A program made the translations under genes and the position numbers. The notes under the pieces are model-generated. The model was given only the letters and a program-made list of their open reading frames with translations. It was not told the origin of the DNA and made no database searches. DNA of 57,300 nt from Candidatus Pacebacteria bacterium GW2011_GWA1_46_10. Lineage in GTDB: Bacteria > Patescibacteriota > Microgenomatia > UBA1400 > PJMF01. Shown piece by piece: positions 35,693-44,552 of this stretch (its first letter is position 1; every line of letters starts with the position of its first letter). The stretch lies in the NCBI GenBank assembly GCA_001002135.1, contig LCLP01000003.1, positions 107,198 through 164,497 on the forward strand, given 5' to 3'.

Positions 35693-38101
35693 CTACCTAC
35701 TCAATATTTCTACCACGCCCTCGTTTGCGTTTACTCTCAATTTCTGTCCTGTTTTAATCAGCTTTGTGGCCAAACCAGTACCGATGATGCAGGGTATGCC
35801 CAACTCTCTTGAAACAATGGCAGAGTGAGATGCCATACCGCCCTCATCAGTCACAATTGCCGAAGCTTTTTTAATGGCTGGCATCAGGTGAGGTAAGGTT
35901 TGGCCAACTACAAGAATAGAGCCTTTTGGCATCTTATCCATATCTTCATTTAAGTTTGGCGAATTCCAGCGAAGAATGAAAGCTTTTCCTGTCACTAACC
36001 CCACTTGAGCTACTTGTCCTGACAACTCTTTTACGTTTTTGGGCAGAGGCGGCACATTTTTTTCCGCCAATTTTCTGCCAGCAGGACCAGTAATTATCGA
36101 GGTTCGACCGTCATCATGTCGGTAAAAAAGAAACCGACTTCTCTGTTCTAACTCTTTGAGATCAACTTGTTTGCTCGTCAAAAATTGCAGCAGTTCCACA
36201 AAGGTTAACTGCATACTTAAATGAGTTGGCAACCCATAACGCTTTTCGAGTGTAGGGAATAAAGCACTCAAAAACCAAAAATACAGTGGCATCCAACCCT
36301 GAAGTCTCAATTCAAATCGGTTATAACCGACATCAGCAATAATGTTTCCTATTTTTACAGCTTGGCTTGATATTTTTAATTTTCGAGCCAAGCGGCGCTT
36401 TTCTGCAGCCACCGATAGCCAATATTTTTTCTTCTTTTTGAACTCTTGTGCGGCTTCCTGCTTATTTCTCTTTTTGAACAATTTTTGATAATATTCCAGA
36501 TCAAATTTTGCCGAACCAGCTGTGCCAATAATGCCATACATATCTGCGTGTTTTTGCAGTAAAGGAATCGCCTCTTTCTCAGTCACATTCATTGAACACA
36601 ACCCCAGCCAATCAAGCTGCTCTCTTTCAATAGTCGTCATTTGAGTCGGCCGATTTAGCTCAGCCACTATTTTAGGAATTTCTAGAGAAGAAATGTTTCC
36701 CTGTAATTCCATTTGCAACGTATTTTCCAAATCTGCCGTGCACTGAGGCTGACACATCGTAAAGTAGGCAAATAATTCAGCCAGCAAATCTCCTGCCTTC
36801 TGAGTAGCTGTATACAATTCGTCACGAGAAAAATTCTGCAAAGTAGAAAATGAATGCTTCTTAACAAAAGAGCCTGCAGATTGATAGCTTTTTTTACTTC
36901 GAGCAAAGTATTCTTTGCACCAAGCAGGATTAAGAAAGTCTTTCTTACCCCATTTAGCAGCCTGTTTCATTTCCTCTCGACTGTAATACATAGCGCATTG
37001 CGTTTTCTCCGAAGTCAGAAACCAGTTTTTTTCTGAAAAAGAAGAAAATTCCTTGCGGAACCTCAAGCTTTCCACCACAGCGACACTGACGCCAAAAGCA
37101 CCGAAACCAGCTGTCTCCCACATTTGTTTGTAAGTGTGTTTTGGGGGCTCTAGGACCTCTTTTTGTATGCCTGTGATTGGCCGAGACTGCAAAATATAAA
37201 TCTTGCCTTTCGCTACCGCCCATTCAATATCACAAGGATGGCCAAAGTGCTTTTCTACGAGGATCATTTGCTTCGCCAGTTCTTTGATTAACTGGTCACT
37301 TAATTTCTGTTTCGATCCTTGTTTTTGAGTCAGCGTCTGCTTAACCACACCCACACTTCCCCGTTTGAGAAGAAATGCCTGATGAGAAATTGTTTTGTCT
37401 AGAATTTCAAAGCTATATTTGTCGACCACATAGTTGTCAGGAGTAATTTGACCTGAAACTAAGCTCTCGCCTAATCCCAATCCCGCTTCAATGACGAGCT
37501 GTTCCGCATCATGAGTGACTGGGTTGAGAGTAAAACCGACTCCCGCCACTTCACTGGGAATCATGGTCTGCACAATTACAGCCATACCAATATTTTTAGG
37601 GTTAATTTTTTGTTCTTTTTGGTAAACGAGCGCTCTGGGATTGAAACGTGACGCCCAGCACCTCTGGATATCTTTTCCAATTGTTTTGGATGAGCGATGA
37701 AGAAAAGTATCAAATTCTCCCGCCCAGCTTGCTTCCTGGGCGTCTTCCACTATGCCCGAAGAACGGACGGCAAAGGTGTTACCAGGAAGACGAGACGCAC
37801 TTTCTTTTACTTGGGTTACTATCGATTGGGGTATCGTCTTGCTGAGGATCAGCTGTTTGATTTTTTGGGCTGATTTTCCAACGGAAACTGAGGATGAATG
37901 GTCGATTGAGCTGAGAATTTTAATAACTTCAGGTCTTATTTTTGCCGATTCGAGAAAAAGGTTGAAAGCTTCAGTCGTAACTACAAAACCAGGAGACGTG
38001 CGCACTCCGCTGCCCAACAATTTTCCGAGCTGACTTGCCTTGCCACCAACTGATAATGTCGTTTGATTTTTCAATCGATTCAGAGGCAAAACAAATTGCA
38101 T
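35693..38101 (-). CDS. PEP-utilizing enzyme: ATP-grasp, central domain and phospho-His swivel domain (PPS/RPH-like)
   Basis: VGGKA..L, AVRSS..ED...S.AG, DIEWA...YILQSRPIT and TDEGG..SHSAIVSRELGIPCIIG. Confidence 0.88.
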   Translation of the reverse strand: MQFVLPLNRLKNQTTLSVGGKASQLGKLLGSGVRTSPGFVVTTEAFNLFLESAKIRPEVIKILSSIDHSSSVSVGKSAQKIKQLILSKTIPQSIVTQVKESASRLPGNTFAVRSSGIVEDAQEASWAGEFDTFLHRSSKTIGKDIQRCWASRFNPRALVYQKEQKINPKNIGMAVIVQTMIPSEVAGVGFTLNPVTHDAEQLVIEAGLGLGESLVSGQITPDNYVVDKYSFEILDKTISHQAFLLKRGSVGVVKQTLTQKQGSKQKLSDQLIKELAKQMILVEKHFGHPCDIEWAVAKGKIYILQSRPITGIQKEVLEPPKHTYKQMWETAGFGAFGVSVAVVESLRFRKEFSSFSEKNWFLTSEKTQCAMYYSREEMKQAAKWGKKDFLNPAWCKEYFARSKKSYQSAGSFVKKHSFSTLQNFSRDELYTATQKAGDLLAELFAYFTMCQPQCTADLENTLQMELQGNISSLEIPKIVAELNRPTQMTTIEREQLDWLGLCSMNVTEKEAIPLLQKHADMYGIIGTAGSAKFDLEYYQKLFKKRNKQEAAQEFKKKKKYWLSVAAEKRRLARKLKISSQAVKIGNIIADVGYNRFELRLQGWMPLYFWFLSALFPTLEKRYGLPTHLSMQLTFVELLQFLTSKQVDLKELEQRSRFLFYRHDDGRTSIITGPAGRKLAEKNVPPLPKNVKELSGQVAQVGLVTGKAFILRWNSPNLNEDMDKMPKGSILVVGQTLPHLMPAIKKASAIVTDEGGMASHSAIVSRELGIPCIIGTGLATKLIKTGQKLRVNANEGVVEILSR

Positions 38102-38217
38102 TGGCGTGGATTTTACCCCCTGTATCAGTTTTATACAATCGTTCTCTTTTGGTTCAATTCCCCCTACTGAGTAACAAGCCCGAGTTGGCGCACATCTGGT
38201 AGAAAGACATTGAATAG

Positions 38218-38257
38218 CTCAACCAGGTTGGTAATCACCTGGTTCGGTTGCGGAAGG
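38218..38257 (+). repeat. 40-bp palindromic direct repeat, copy A
   Basis: 35/40 identical to 39014-39053; contains an AACCAGG/CCTGGTT hairpin. Confidence 0.8.
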
Positions 38258-38280
38258 TCTAGGGGCACAAAGTAAAAAGA

Positions 38281-38631
38281 TTAGGTCAGTTGGGAAAGAC
38301 CACTCTTCATCGCTTCAATCTGTTTTTTTGTTTCAGGCAGATGCTCCGACACAATTGTCCAGATTTCCTCTAAATTCACCTCGTCGTACTCGTGAGTAAT
38401 GATATTGCGCAAACCAATAATACTTTTCCAAGGAATGCTGTCATTCTGAGCGCGAATATCTTCTGGTAATTTTTTAGCTGCTTCAGCAATTATTTCCAGT
38501 CGGCGCAAAATTTTATCCTGTTCTTCAAAACTATTTTCAAATTGAGAAAAAGACAAACCGTCAATATATTGTTCTATCAAATCAATGGAAAATAGAATGT
38601 CATTGATATAAATTTCCGGATCTTTCTGCAT
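38281..38631 (-). CDS. HepT-like ribonuclease toxin (DUF86/HEPN)
   Basis: LEIIAEA, IPW..I.GLRNIITHEY (R-x4-H) and W.IV. Confidence 0.9.
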   Translation of the reverse strand: MQKDPEIYINDILFSIDLIEQYIDGLSFSQFENSFEEQDKILRRLEIIAEAAKKLPEDIRAQNDSIPWKSIIGLRNIITHEYDEVNLEEIWTIVSEHLPETKKQIEAMKSGLSQLT

Positions 38632-38632
38632 G

Positions 38633-38926
38633 TTAGTAAATCGGCATTTGGGTCGGTAAAATGTACGATTTTAAACTCGGTTTAATGAGTTTGTACTCCA
38701 CCACATCGACATCTCTACCAAGGGATTTCTTCAGCTCGTCCTCCAAATCTAACTTGAGAGCAATATAGTCAAAACCGTGTACATCGTTGGGCAGTTCAAC
38801 CAAAAAATCAACGTCGCTTTCAGCCGTCATTTCTCCTTGAACAGCAGAACCAAACACAGCGGCCCTAGACACGCGGTGTTTTTTCAGCACAGGCAAAGCT
38901 TGCTGTTTGATAGTTTGTAAATCCAT
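38633..38926 (-). CDS. Minimal nucleotidyltransferase antitoxin (MNT)
   Basis: FGS...G.....SDVDFLV and LGRDVDVV; 1 nt from the HEPN gene. Confidence 0.9.
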   Translation of the reverse strand: MDLQTIKQQALPVLKKHRVSRAAVFGSAVQGEMTAESDVDFLVELPNDVHGFDYIALKLDLEDELKKSLGRDVDVVEYKLIKPSLKSYILPTQMPIY

Positions 38927-38972
38927 AGTCTTTATTCTAAAGGATACTCAAATGATTAGCTACAACAGGAGA

Positions 38973-39009
38973 TTTCCTAAACCCTAAATTCAGGTTTGGT
39001 TCACTGGTG
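38973..39009 (+). repeat. Degenerate direct copy of the tRNA-Arg 3' half (att-like)
   Basis: 33 of 36 nt match 35648-35683, plus a 1-nt insertion. Confidence 0.85.
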
Positions 39010-39013
39010 AGAA

Positions 39014-39053
39014 CTCAACCAGGTTGCTAATCACTTGGTTCAGATGCAGAAGG
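39014..39053 (+). repeat. 40-bp palindromic direct repeat, copy B
   Basis: 35/40 identical to 38218-38257. Confidence 0.8.
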
Positions 39054-39094
39054 TGCGAGAGGCGCAATGATAAAATAGTCATTAAACCAATCAT

Positions 39095-40483
39095 ATGGAC
39101 AGAAAAGAGCGACTTAATAAGACTCCAGAAGAACTCAGTCAACTTGAACGCACGCTTGGTATTCCCCCATTATCAGAAGCTCGTGAGGCAGTTATTCAAA
39201 CTCTGTTTGTAAAAGGACACACATTACCTGGTGTCGACCTTAGCGCTCCTAAAATCATGCAATTCATGGAAGAATTAGGACCGATAGTTGGCATGAATAC
39301 CTTTTATGGTCCAGTTGTCAAAACCCCAGACTCATATGATGAAGAAACAAAACAGCGGTTGGGTGGACGGCCGCCAGAAGACATCAATTCTATCCTAATG
39401 TGGGATGACTCTGGGAGCCAAATGTATATTTTCCCCAATCAAGACAACTGGTTCACCATTTCTGTTTATGCCTGCAAAACCTTTAATGAACAGGCTGTGC
39501 TCAAATACATTTACGACAAACTTAATCTTCGTGAGGATCTGCAATTTGCTAGCCAAAATCAGTCTGGCAACGAACAGCCTGGGTGGCTAAGTTACGCTGA
39601 AACACAAGAACAAACACTTACTCCAGAAAAAAGTGTTTATGAACCATTGGCCCAGGTTTTGAATGTTGAGAGAACAAACCTGCCGGCAGTCATACAAGCC
39701 GGACAGGACATTGAAAGAATTGTTTTTCAAGCCAATCGTGAGGGCTGGGGAGATCGTTTAGGAGCGATGTTCACTCCAGAGTATGCTCAACGATTTCAAG
39801 CTATACACAGCCAATTCGAAATCGCCACAGATCGACAATTCGCTGATGACGTACTGGCCGGAAAAATCACTAACCCTGATGAATATCCATTCCAAAAAAC
39901 GTACGATCGATTAGCGCACATGGAAGCCCAAGCAGCCGAAATGCAACCCGGAAATCAGGTCGTCCACATCGGCACTGGTCACTTTCCAGGCACAGCCTAC
40001 GGATTATTGAAACTAGGTATTCCCGTGGTATGCGTTGAAATGGATTCAGCCGTCGCAAAAACCTCTGCCGAGGTATTGCAACGTCTTAATCTCCTTGGAA
40101 ATGAGAAACTAATGGTCGTTCCCATCGACGGTTCTCAACTCGACACCTCTCAATTCACCAATGTAATTATTTCCGCCATGGTCACCACGGAGGACAAAAT
40201 ACGCATTTTACAAATTCTCGAGGATCTTACAGTAGACGAAAAACAGGTTGTTTTGCGAACAACTGCCGGCGCCAGAAAACTCATTTACCCACCTCTCCCC
40301 AGGGAAGTAACAACCAATATCCGGGGAACACTAATCGCCAAAACCCGGCCTGGAACAGAAGATCCCATAGAATCTCTTGTGTACCGTTTACGACCTTCAG
40401 CCGAAATTGGTAGAGGATTAGATCGAATTTTATTCGAAACTAAAAGAAAGCTTAAGGCCCCCCAACCTCTTACTGTAGAGTAA
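39095..40483 (+). CDS. Fusion of an AdoMet decarboxylase-like domain and a nicotianamine synthase-like SAM-dependent domain
   Basis: N-terminal MWDDSGSQMYIFP...ISVYACK; C-terminal YPF..TY..L..ME, HIGTGHFPGT, ISAMV...K..IL and LRT..GARKLIYP. Confidence 0.7.
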   Translation: MDRKERLNKTPEELSQLERTLGIPPLSEAREAVIQTLFVKGHTLPGVDLSAPKIMQFMEELGPIVGMNTFYGPVVKTPDSYDEETKQRLGGRPPEDINSILMWDDSGSQMYIFPNQDNWFTISVYACKTFNEQAVLKYIYDKLNLREDLQFASQNQSGNEQPGWLSYAETQEQTLTPEKSVYEPLAQVLNVERTNLPAVIQAGQDIERIVFQANREGWGDRLGAMFTPEYAQRFQAIHSQFEIATDRQFADDVLAGKITNPDEYPFQKTYDRLAHMEAQAAEMQPGNQVVHIGTGHFPGTAYGLLKLGIPVVCVEMDSAVAKTSAEVLQRLNLLGNEKLMVVPIDGSQLDTSQFTNVIISAMVTTEDKIRILQILEDLTVDEKQVVLRTTAGARKLIYPPLPREVTTNIRGTLIAKTRPGTEDPIESLVYRLRPSAEIGRGLDRILFETKRKLKAPQPLTVE

Positions 40484-40484
40484 A

Positions 40485-40916
40485 TTAACTAAAAAGAGAA
40501 AACTTCTTCGTCAGCTGTTTAGCCAGGTAGTCTTCAGCAAAAAAGCAAATGCCAAAGTACTCCAGATCAACTTCCTTCGTTTTATTGGTCCTTTGATGTT
40601 GCTCAAAATACGTTCCTTCAACCATAGTATTGATGAAATCAGTAAAAGGAATATTTTTTTCTATCAATTCTTCCTTCAAAGTACGAAGCTTATTGCTGTT
40701 TTTGGCGCTTAAAACAATAAATGGATTATCGGAAATGTTTTTGTGAGCGTTTCCATCAGCGTCCACATAATCTCGAAATCTAAAATCGTCATTCTTGCCA
40801 ATAAGACCCACTAGTCCGGCGGCCATGTGGCCAAGAGCATTAAGCGCTCTCCCATTCTCTATTTTTTTGCTTAAAACACAAACAAATCTGTGAGTAGTAA
40901 CGCCATCGCCTTGCAT
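40485..40916 (-). CDS. DUF2000 family protein (Pth2-like fold)
   Basis: VLS..I..GRALNALGHMAAGL, Y.DADG..H..IS..PFIVL and LEYFGI. Confidence 0.75.
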   Translation of the reverse strand: MQGDGVTTHRFVCVLSKKIENGRALNALGHMAAGLVGLIGKNDDFRFRDYVDADGNAHKNISDNPFIVLSAKNSNKLRTLKEELIEKNIPFTDFINTMVEGTYFEQHQRTNKTKEVDLEYFGICFFAEDYLAKQLTKKFSLFS

Positions 40917-40998
40917 AACGAAGTGAATTATAACACCTCAAGATTCAGTCCCTAATGAGAGCATCAGTAATTTGCTAGTTTATAATTAACTAATCATT

Positions 40999-41409
40999 AT
41001 GGAACAGGAGATCAGAAAAAATCCCGACCACTACTCAATAATTTTTTTAGGGCCAAGTGGCGAGGTTGGTGGTAGGTCAATGGTTGGCAATACTCTGGAA
41101 GAAGCTAGAGAGGTTGGTGGGGGGTTTAACACATTTTGGGGAGTTTCGCGTCACCCCACAGAAGATAAATTTATCGTCGGGCCTAACGAACACAAAGTTC
41201 ATATGTATGTGATGGTTGACGAATCTTTATTTTTCCCAAGTACTCTTGTGGGCCTTCCTAGGGTTAACAAGCGTGGAGAATTAGTTGGGGTGAGAAATGA
41301 TGGACGCGAAGGTTGGAAACCATCTGAAATCGATGAGCTAATCCAAAAAAAAGGAACTATCGTCATCAACCAAGTTGGTAATCATTCGACCCAGTTACTG
41401 AAACCCTAA
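40999..41409 (+). CDS. Hypothetical protein
   Basis: 136 aa ATG ORF with no recognised motif. Confidence 0.6.
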   Translation: MEQEIRKNPDHYSIIFLGPSGEVGGRSMVGNTLEEAREVGGGFNTFWGVSRHPTEDKFIVGPNEHKVHMYVMVDESLFFPSTLVGLPRVNKRGELVGVRNDGREGWKPSEIDELIQKKGTIVINQVGNHSTQLLKP

Positions 41410-41443
41410 GGGCACTTTCGACTGCCGCTCGCATTAGAGTATT

Positions 41444-41914
41444 TCAACCGCGCTCGTAGTCGGCGTAGATCACTTGATCTTGGACGCTGGAGTAATCAGC
41501 CAATTCTTGCTCGTCAAAAATGATCTTAATTTCCCGCGCGGCATCCTCATCGCTGCTGGAAGCGTGAATCAAGTTATACTGCTGACTCATGCCGTAATCG
41601 CCGCGAATCGAGCCAGCCTCCGCCTCACGCCCGAGCGTGGTACCAACCAGCTTGCGGACCACCGGCACGGCATCAATCCCTTGCCAAACCATCGCCACCA
41701 CCGGCAATGAGCCCATAAAGCTCTTCAGATCGCCAAAAAAAGCCTTATCTTTGTGCTCAGCGTACCATTGTGAAAGCATTTCATCGGTTAAGTTGACCAT
41801 CTTGAGGCCCACCAGCTTGAGGCCTTTGCGCTCAAAGCGGCTGATGATCTCCCCAATCAGGCCTCGCTGCAGACCATCGGGCTTGACTAAAACGGCAGTA
41901 CGAGTGTGTTTCAT
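41444..41914 (-). CDS. ndk: Nucleoside diphosphate kinase
   Basis: VKPDG..RGLIGEIISRFE, GSIRGDY and NLIHAS. Confidence 0.97.
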   Translation of the reverse strand: MKHTRTAVLVKPDGLQRGLIGEIISRFERKGLKLVGLKMVNLTDEMLSQWYAEHKDKAFFGDLKSFMGSLPVVAMVWQGIDAVPVVRKLVGTTLGREAEAGSIRGDYGMSQQYNLIHASSSDEDAAREIKIIFDEQELADYSSVQDQVIYADYERG

Positions 41915-42118
41915 ATGTAGTTTCCTTTTTGGTTATTCGTCAATCTTATCACCTTTGAAAACCCGCACAAACTGTTTTTGATATGTAAAACTTTTAGATC
42001 AAAATGTAAATTAATGATTAGTACTTGATATATATTTAAGTATTAAAAGTTAGTAAAGTAGCTTTTGAAAAGAATTTAAATTCAAACAAAGTGATCAAAA
42101 ACCTGCTTACTATCAAAA

Positions 42119-42136
42119 TATAGCAAAATTGCTATA
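42119..42136. promoter_or_regulatory. Palindromic operator candidate, copy 2
   Basis: TATAGCAA-aa-TTGCTATA. Confidence 0.6.
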
Positions 42137-42216
42137 CCCAAAAAATAAGGTCACACTAAAAAAGTTAAAGTCTCCCTCACAACTTTAATAACCTCACAAC
42201 CTGAGTAACCTAGGAT

Positions 42217-42615
42217 CTAACTTTGAGGGGGAAGGTTAAATTTGTTGGCCTCATCGTCCTCTTCAAAACGAAAAACTTCTTCCAAGTGAGTGGACTGAGC
42301 AACCTCATAAAACTGGACCCTCACCCCCAAGTCAAAGGCTTTCGCTATCCGTTTGAGTAAAGCTAAAGAGGGCGTGTGCCAGCCACTTTCCAAGCGCGCA
42401 ATCACCGATTGGGTCGTACCAATTTCTTGAGCCAATTCTGCCTGAGTCCAATCCCTTGAAAACCTCAAAAGACCAACCGTTTCGGCTATTTCGATTTCAA
42501 GCGAGTTTTCCTTGTGGGGATCACGCTTTCTGATTCGGTAGCCCTGTCGGCGAAAGTAGTTTTTGAGACTGGGTCGCAGCATACTTCTGGAAATACGTTT
42601 ACCAAAGTTTTCCAA
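42217..42615 (-). CDS. XRE-family HTH transcriptional regulator
   Basis: WTQAELA..IGTTQSVIARLESG...PSL..L.RIA. Confidence 0.88.
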   Translation of the reverse strand: MENFGKRISRSMLRPSLKNYFRRQGYRIRKRDPHKENSLEIEIAETVGLLRFSRDWTQAELAQEIGTTQSVIARLESGWHTPSLALLKRIAKAFDLGVRVQFYEVAQSTHLEEVFRFEEDDEANKFNLPPQS

Positions 42616-42644
42616 AATACATTCGAAATATATTCGAAAAATCG

Positions 42645-42664
42645 ATATAGCAAAATTGCTATAT
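42645..42664. promoter_or_regulatory. Palindromic operator candidate, copy 3
   Basis: ATATAGCAA-aa-TTGCTATAT, about 30 nt upstream of the XRE gene. Confidence 0.6.
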
Positions 42665-42775
42665 TTCGCTTTTTAGCATTTCAAAAACCAGGATAAAAGA
42701 TTTTTAGTAACAAAAACCTTACACATCCGCAATCAATTTCTTAACCCAGGGTAAAAAACTTCTCTAACAAGAAAC

Positions 42776-44077
42776 TTATAAATCTTTGATCAGTTTACTA
42801 AAACGCTCTCGGTCTTGATAGGGACCAATCAGCGCCAACCGTGCTTTACCAGGCACAATCAGCCGCTTGGCCAAGTGGTGAACATCATCCAGTGTGACCG
42901 CCTGAATCCGCTCCATCACCGCCTGTACACTAGTCACTTCGTCCAGTAAAATTTTGCGCAAACCGGCAAACTCTGCCATCGCGTCACTATCCTCCGTGCT
43001 CAACGCCCATTTCCCCACCAAGTACTCTTGAGCCCGCTTAAGCTCGATTTTGGTCACTTTTTTCCGGCCTGTAGCCAGTTTATGAAATTCGCCCGCTGAA
43101 ACGGTAATCGCTTCATCAATGCGGGCAGGATCCACCCCCGCCGCCACTCCGACAATTCCTTTGTCGTGAAACTGATCGGTAGTGGAGCGCACGTAGTAAC
43201 TTAAACCCCGTTTCTCGCGCACTTGAATAAACAACCGCGAACTCATGTACCCCCCGATCAGGGCCGACAACACTGCCAGCGCATACCGGTCGGGATCTTT
43301 GGCCTTCATTCCCGGCCAGGCCAGCACAAAATGCGCCTGCTGGATGTGTCGAGATTCCAGGTGGAGGCGTGCTTTAGCCAACATCCCTTCAGAAAGAAAT
43401 GGCTTTACCGCCGCCAACCGCGCCACCCGATCGCCGCCATCTTTACTGAACAACTCACGGACCGTGGTCAGTATTTGGGGATCCTCCACCAGAGATCTTT
43501 TCCCGGCCAATACCAGGACCATATTCGGCAAGCCATACCATTGCCTCAGGAAAGCTCGAAAATCGGCGGCAGTGACACCTGCCACGGTTTCTTTGGTGCC
43601 GACCACATCATGCCCTAAACCAGACCCCTGATAGACCATACGGCCAAAAAGATCGCTGATATAGCGAGCCGGCAGATCGTGGTACATGTTGATTTCTTCG
43701 GCAATGACACTTTTCTCCCGCTCCACGTCACTGTCACGGATCATCGGAACCAACAACATATCGGACACCACGTCCAACGCTGTGCGAGCATGTTTAGCAG
43801 CAGCCTTCACGTAGTAACCGGTATATTCGTGGCTCGTGAAGGCGTTAAAGTCCGCACCCAAACCATCGACCGCGGCGGATAACTTTTGGGCAGTGGGATA
43901 ACGCCTCGTCCCTTTGAAAACGATGTGTTCAAAAAAATGAGCAATGCCTTCTTTGCCTTTTGGCTCAAAGCGCGAACCAGTATTGACAATCGCCATTACG
44001 GTCAGCGATTCTATTCCCGGCATCGGCACACTGATCACTGGTAAACCAATGTCAAGCTGAGTCAGAGTTGGTTGCAT
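42776..44077 (-). CDS. M16 (pitrilysin) family zinc peptidase
   Basis: GSRFE...GIAHFFEHIVFKGT (inverted HxxEH), NAFTS.E.T.YY and SRLF..VREKRGLSY; start at ATG 44077. Confidence 0.93.
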   Translation of the reverse strand: MQPTLTQLDIGLPVISVPMPGIESLTVMAIVNTGSRFEPKGKEGIAHFFEHIVFKGTRRYPTAQKLSAAVDGLGADFNAFTSHEYTGYYVKAAAKHARTALDVVSDMLLVPMIRDSDVEREKSVIAEEINMYHDLPARYISDLFGRMVYQGSGLGHDVVGTKETVAGVTAADFRAFLRQWYGLPNMVLVLAGKRSLVEDPQILTTVRELFSKDGGDRVARLAAVKPFLSEGMLAKARLHLESRHIQQAHFVLAWPGMKAKDPDRYALAVLSALIGGYMSSRLFIQVREKRGLSYYVRSTTDQFHDKGIVGVAAGVDPARIDEAITVSAGEFHKLATGRKKVTKIELKRAQEYLVGKWALSTEDSDAMAEFAGLRKILLDEVTSVQAVMERIQAVTLDDVHHLAKRLIVPGKARLALIGPYQDRERFSKLIKDL

Positions 44078-44552
44078 GCTGTGCATTGTAACACGCCCGG
44101 CCTTATCCCCAATATCCGAACACTACCCGAATAATATTGAGTACCTTTTTTACTCTTAGTATTTTTAGAAAAAAGGCTAAAAAAGCTATAAATATGGCGT
44201 CAAAATATGTTCAATTCTGGCCGTTTGGAAAATAAAAAGTATTTTGAACTAAAACACCCCTCGTTCGATCTTTTTTCCCAAAACAGTCAGCAATTGGTTT
44301 ATAAACTGTTTTCAAACGGTAACCGCGAGCCAAAATGTCAACCAAAAATGGTTGGTTTTAGAACGTAAGCGAAATCGAACTGACGAGCTAAACTTAAAAA
44401 AATTTTCAGTAACAAGCAGCAGTGACCGTCGAAATTGGACGGAGCGTGGAGCGGCCAAAACTGCTTTGTCAATCACCCGCCTACCAACCCACCATTTGAA
44501 CACATTTCTACTCGAGGAAATTAGCCTGGTAAAGTACGTTGGTGGTTAATTT

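Larger units (their letters stand above)
35690..39009. mobile_element. tRNA-Arg-anchored genomic islet without its own integrase
   Basis: Bounded by tRNA-Arg and a degenerate direct copy of its 3' half (38973-39009); carries a kinase and a TA pair. Confidence 0.65.

Noticed and set aside
38140-38210. Additional tRNA remnant (GGTTCAATTCCCC and GGCGCACATCTGGTAG)
   Set aside because: The T-loop-like piece precedes the D-loop-like piece and no cloverleaf forms; matches are too short
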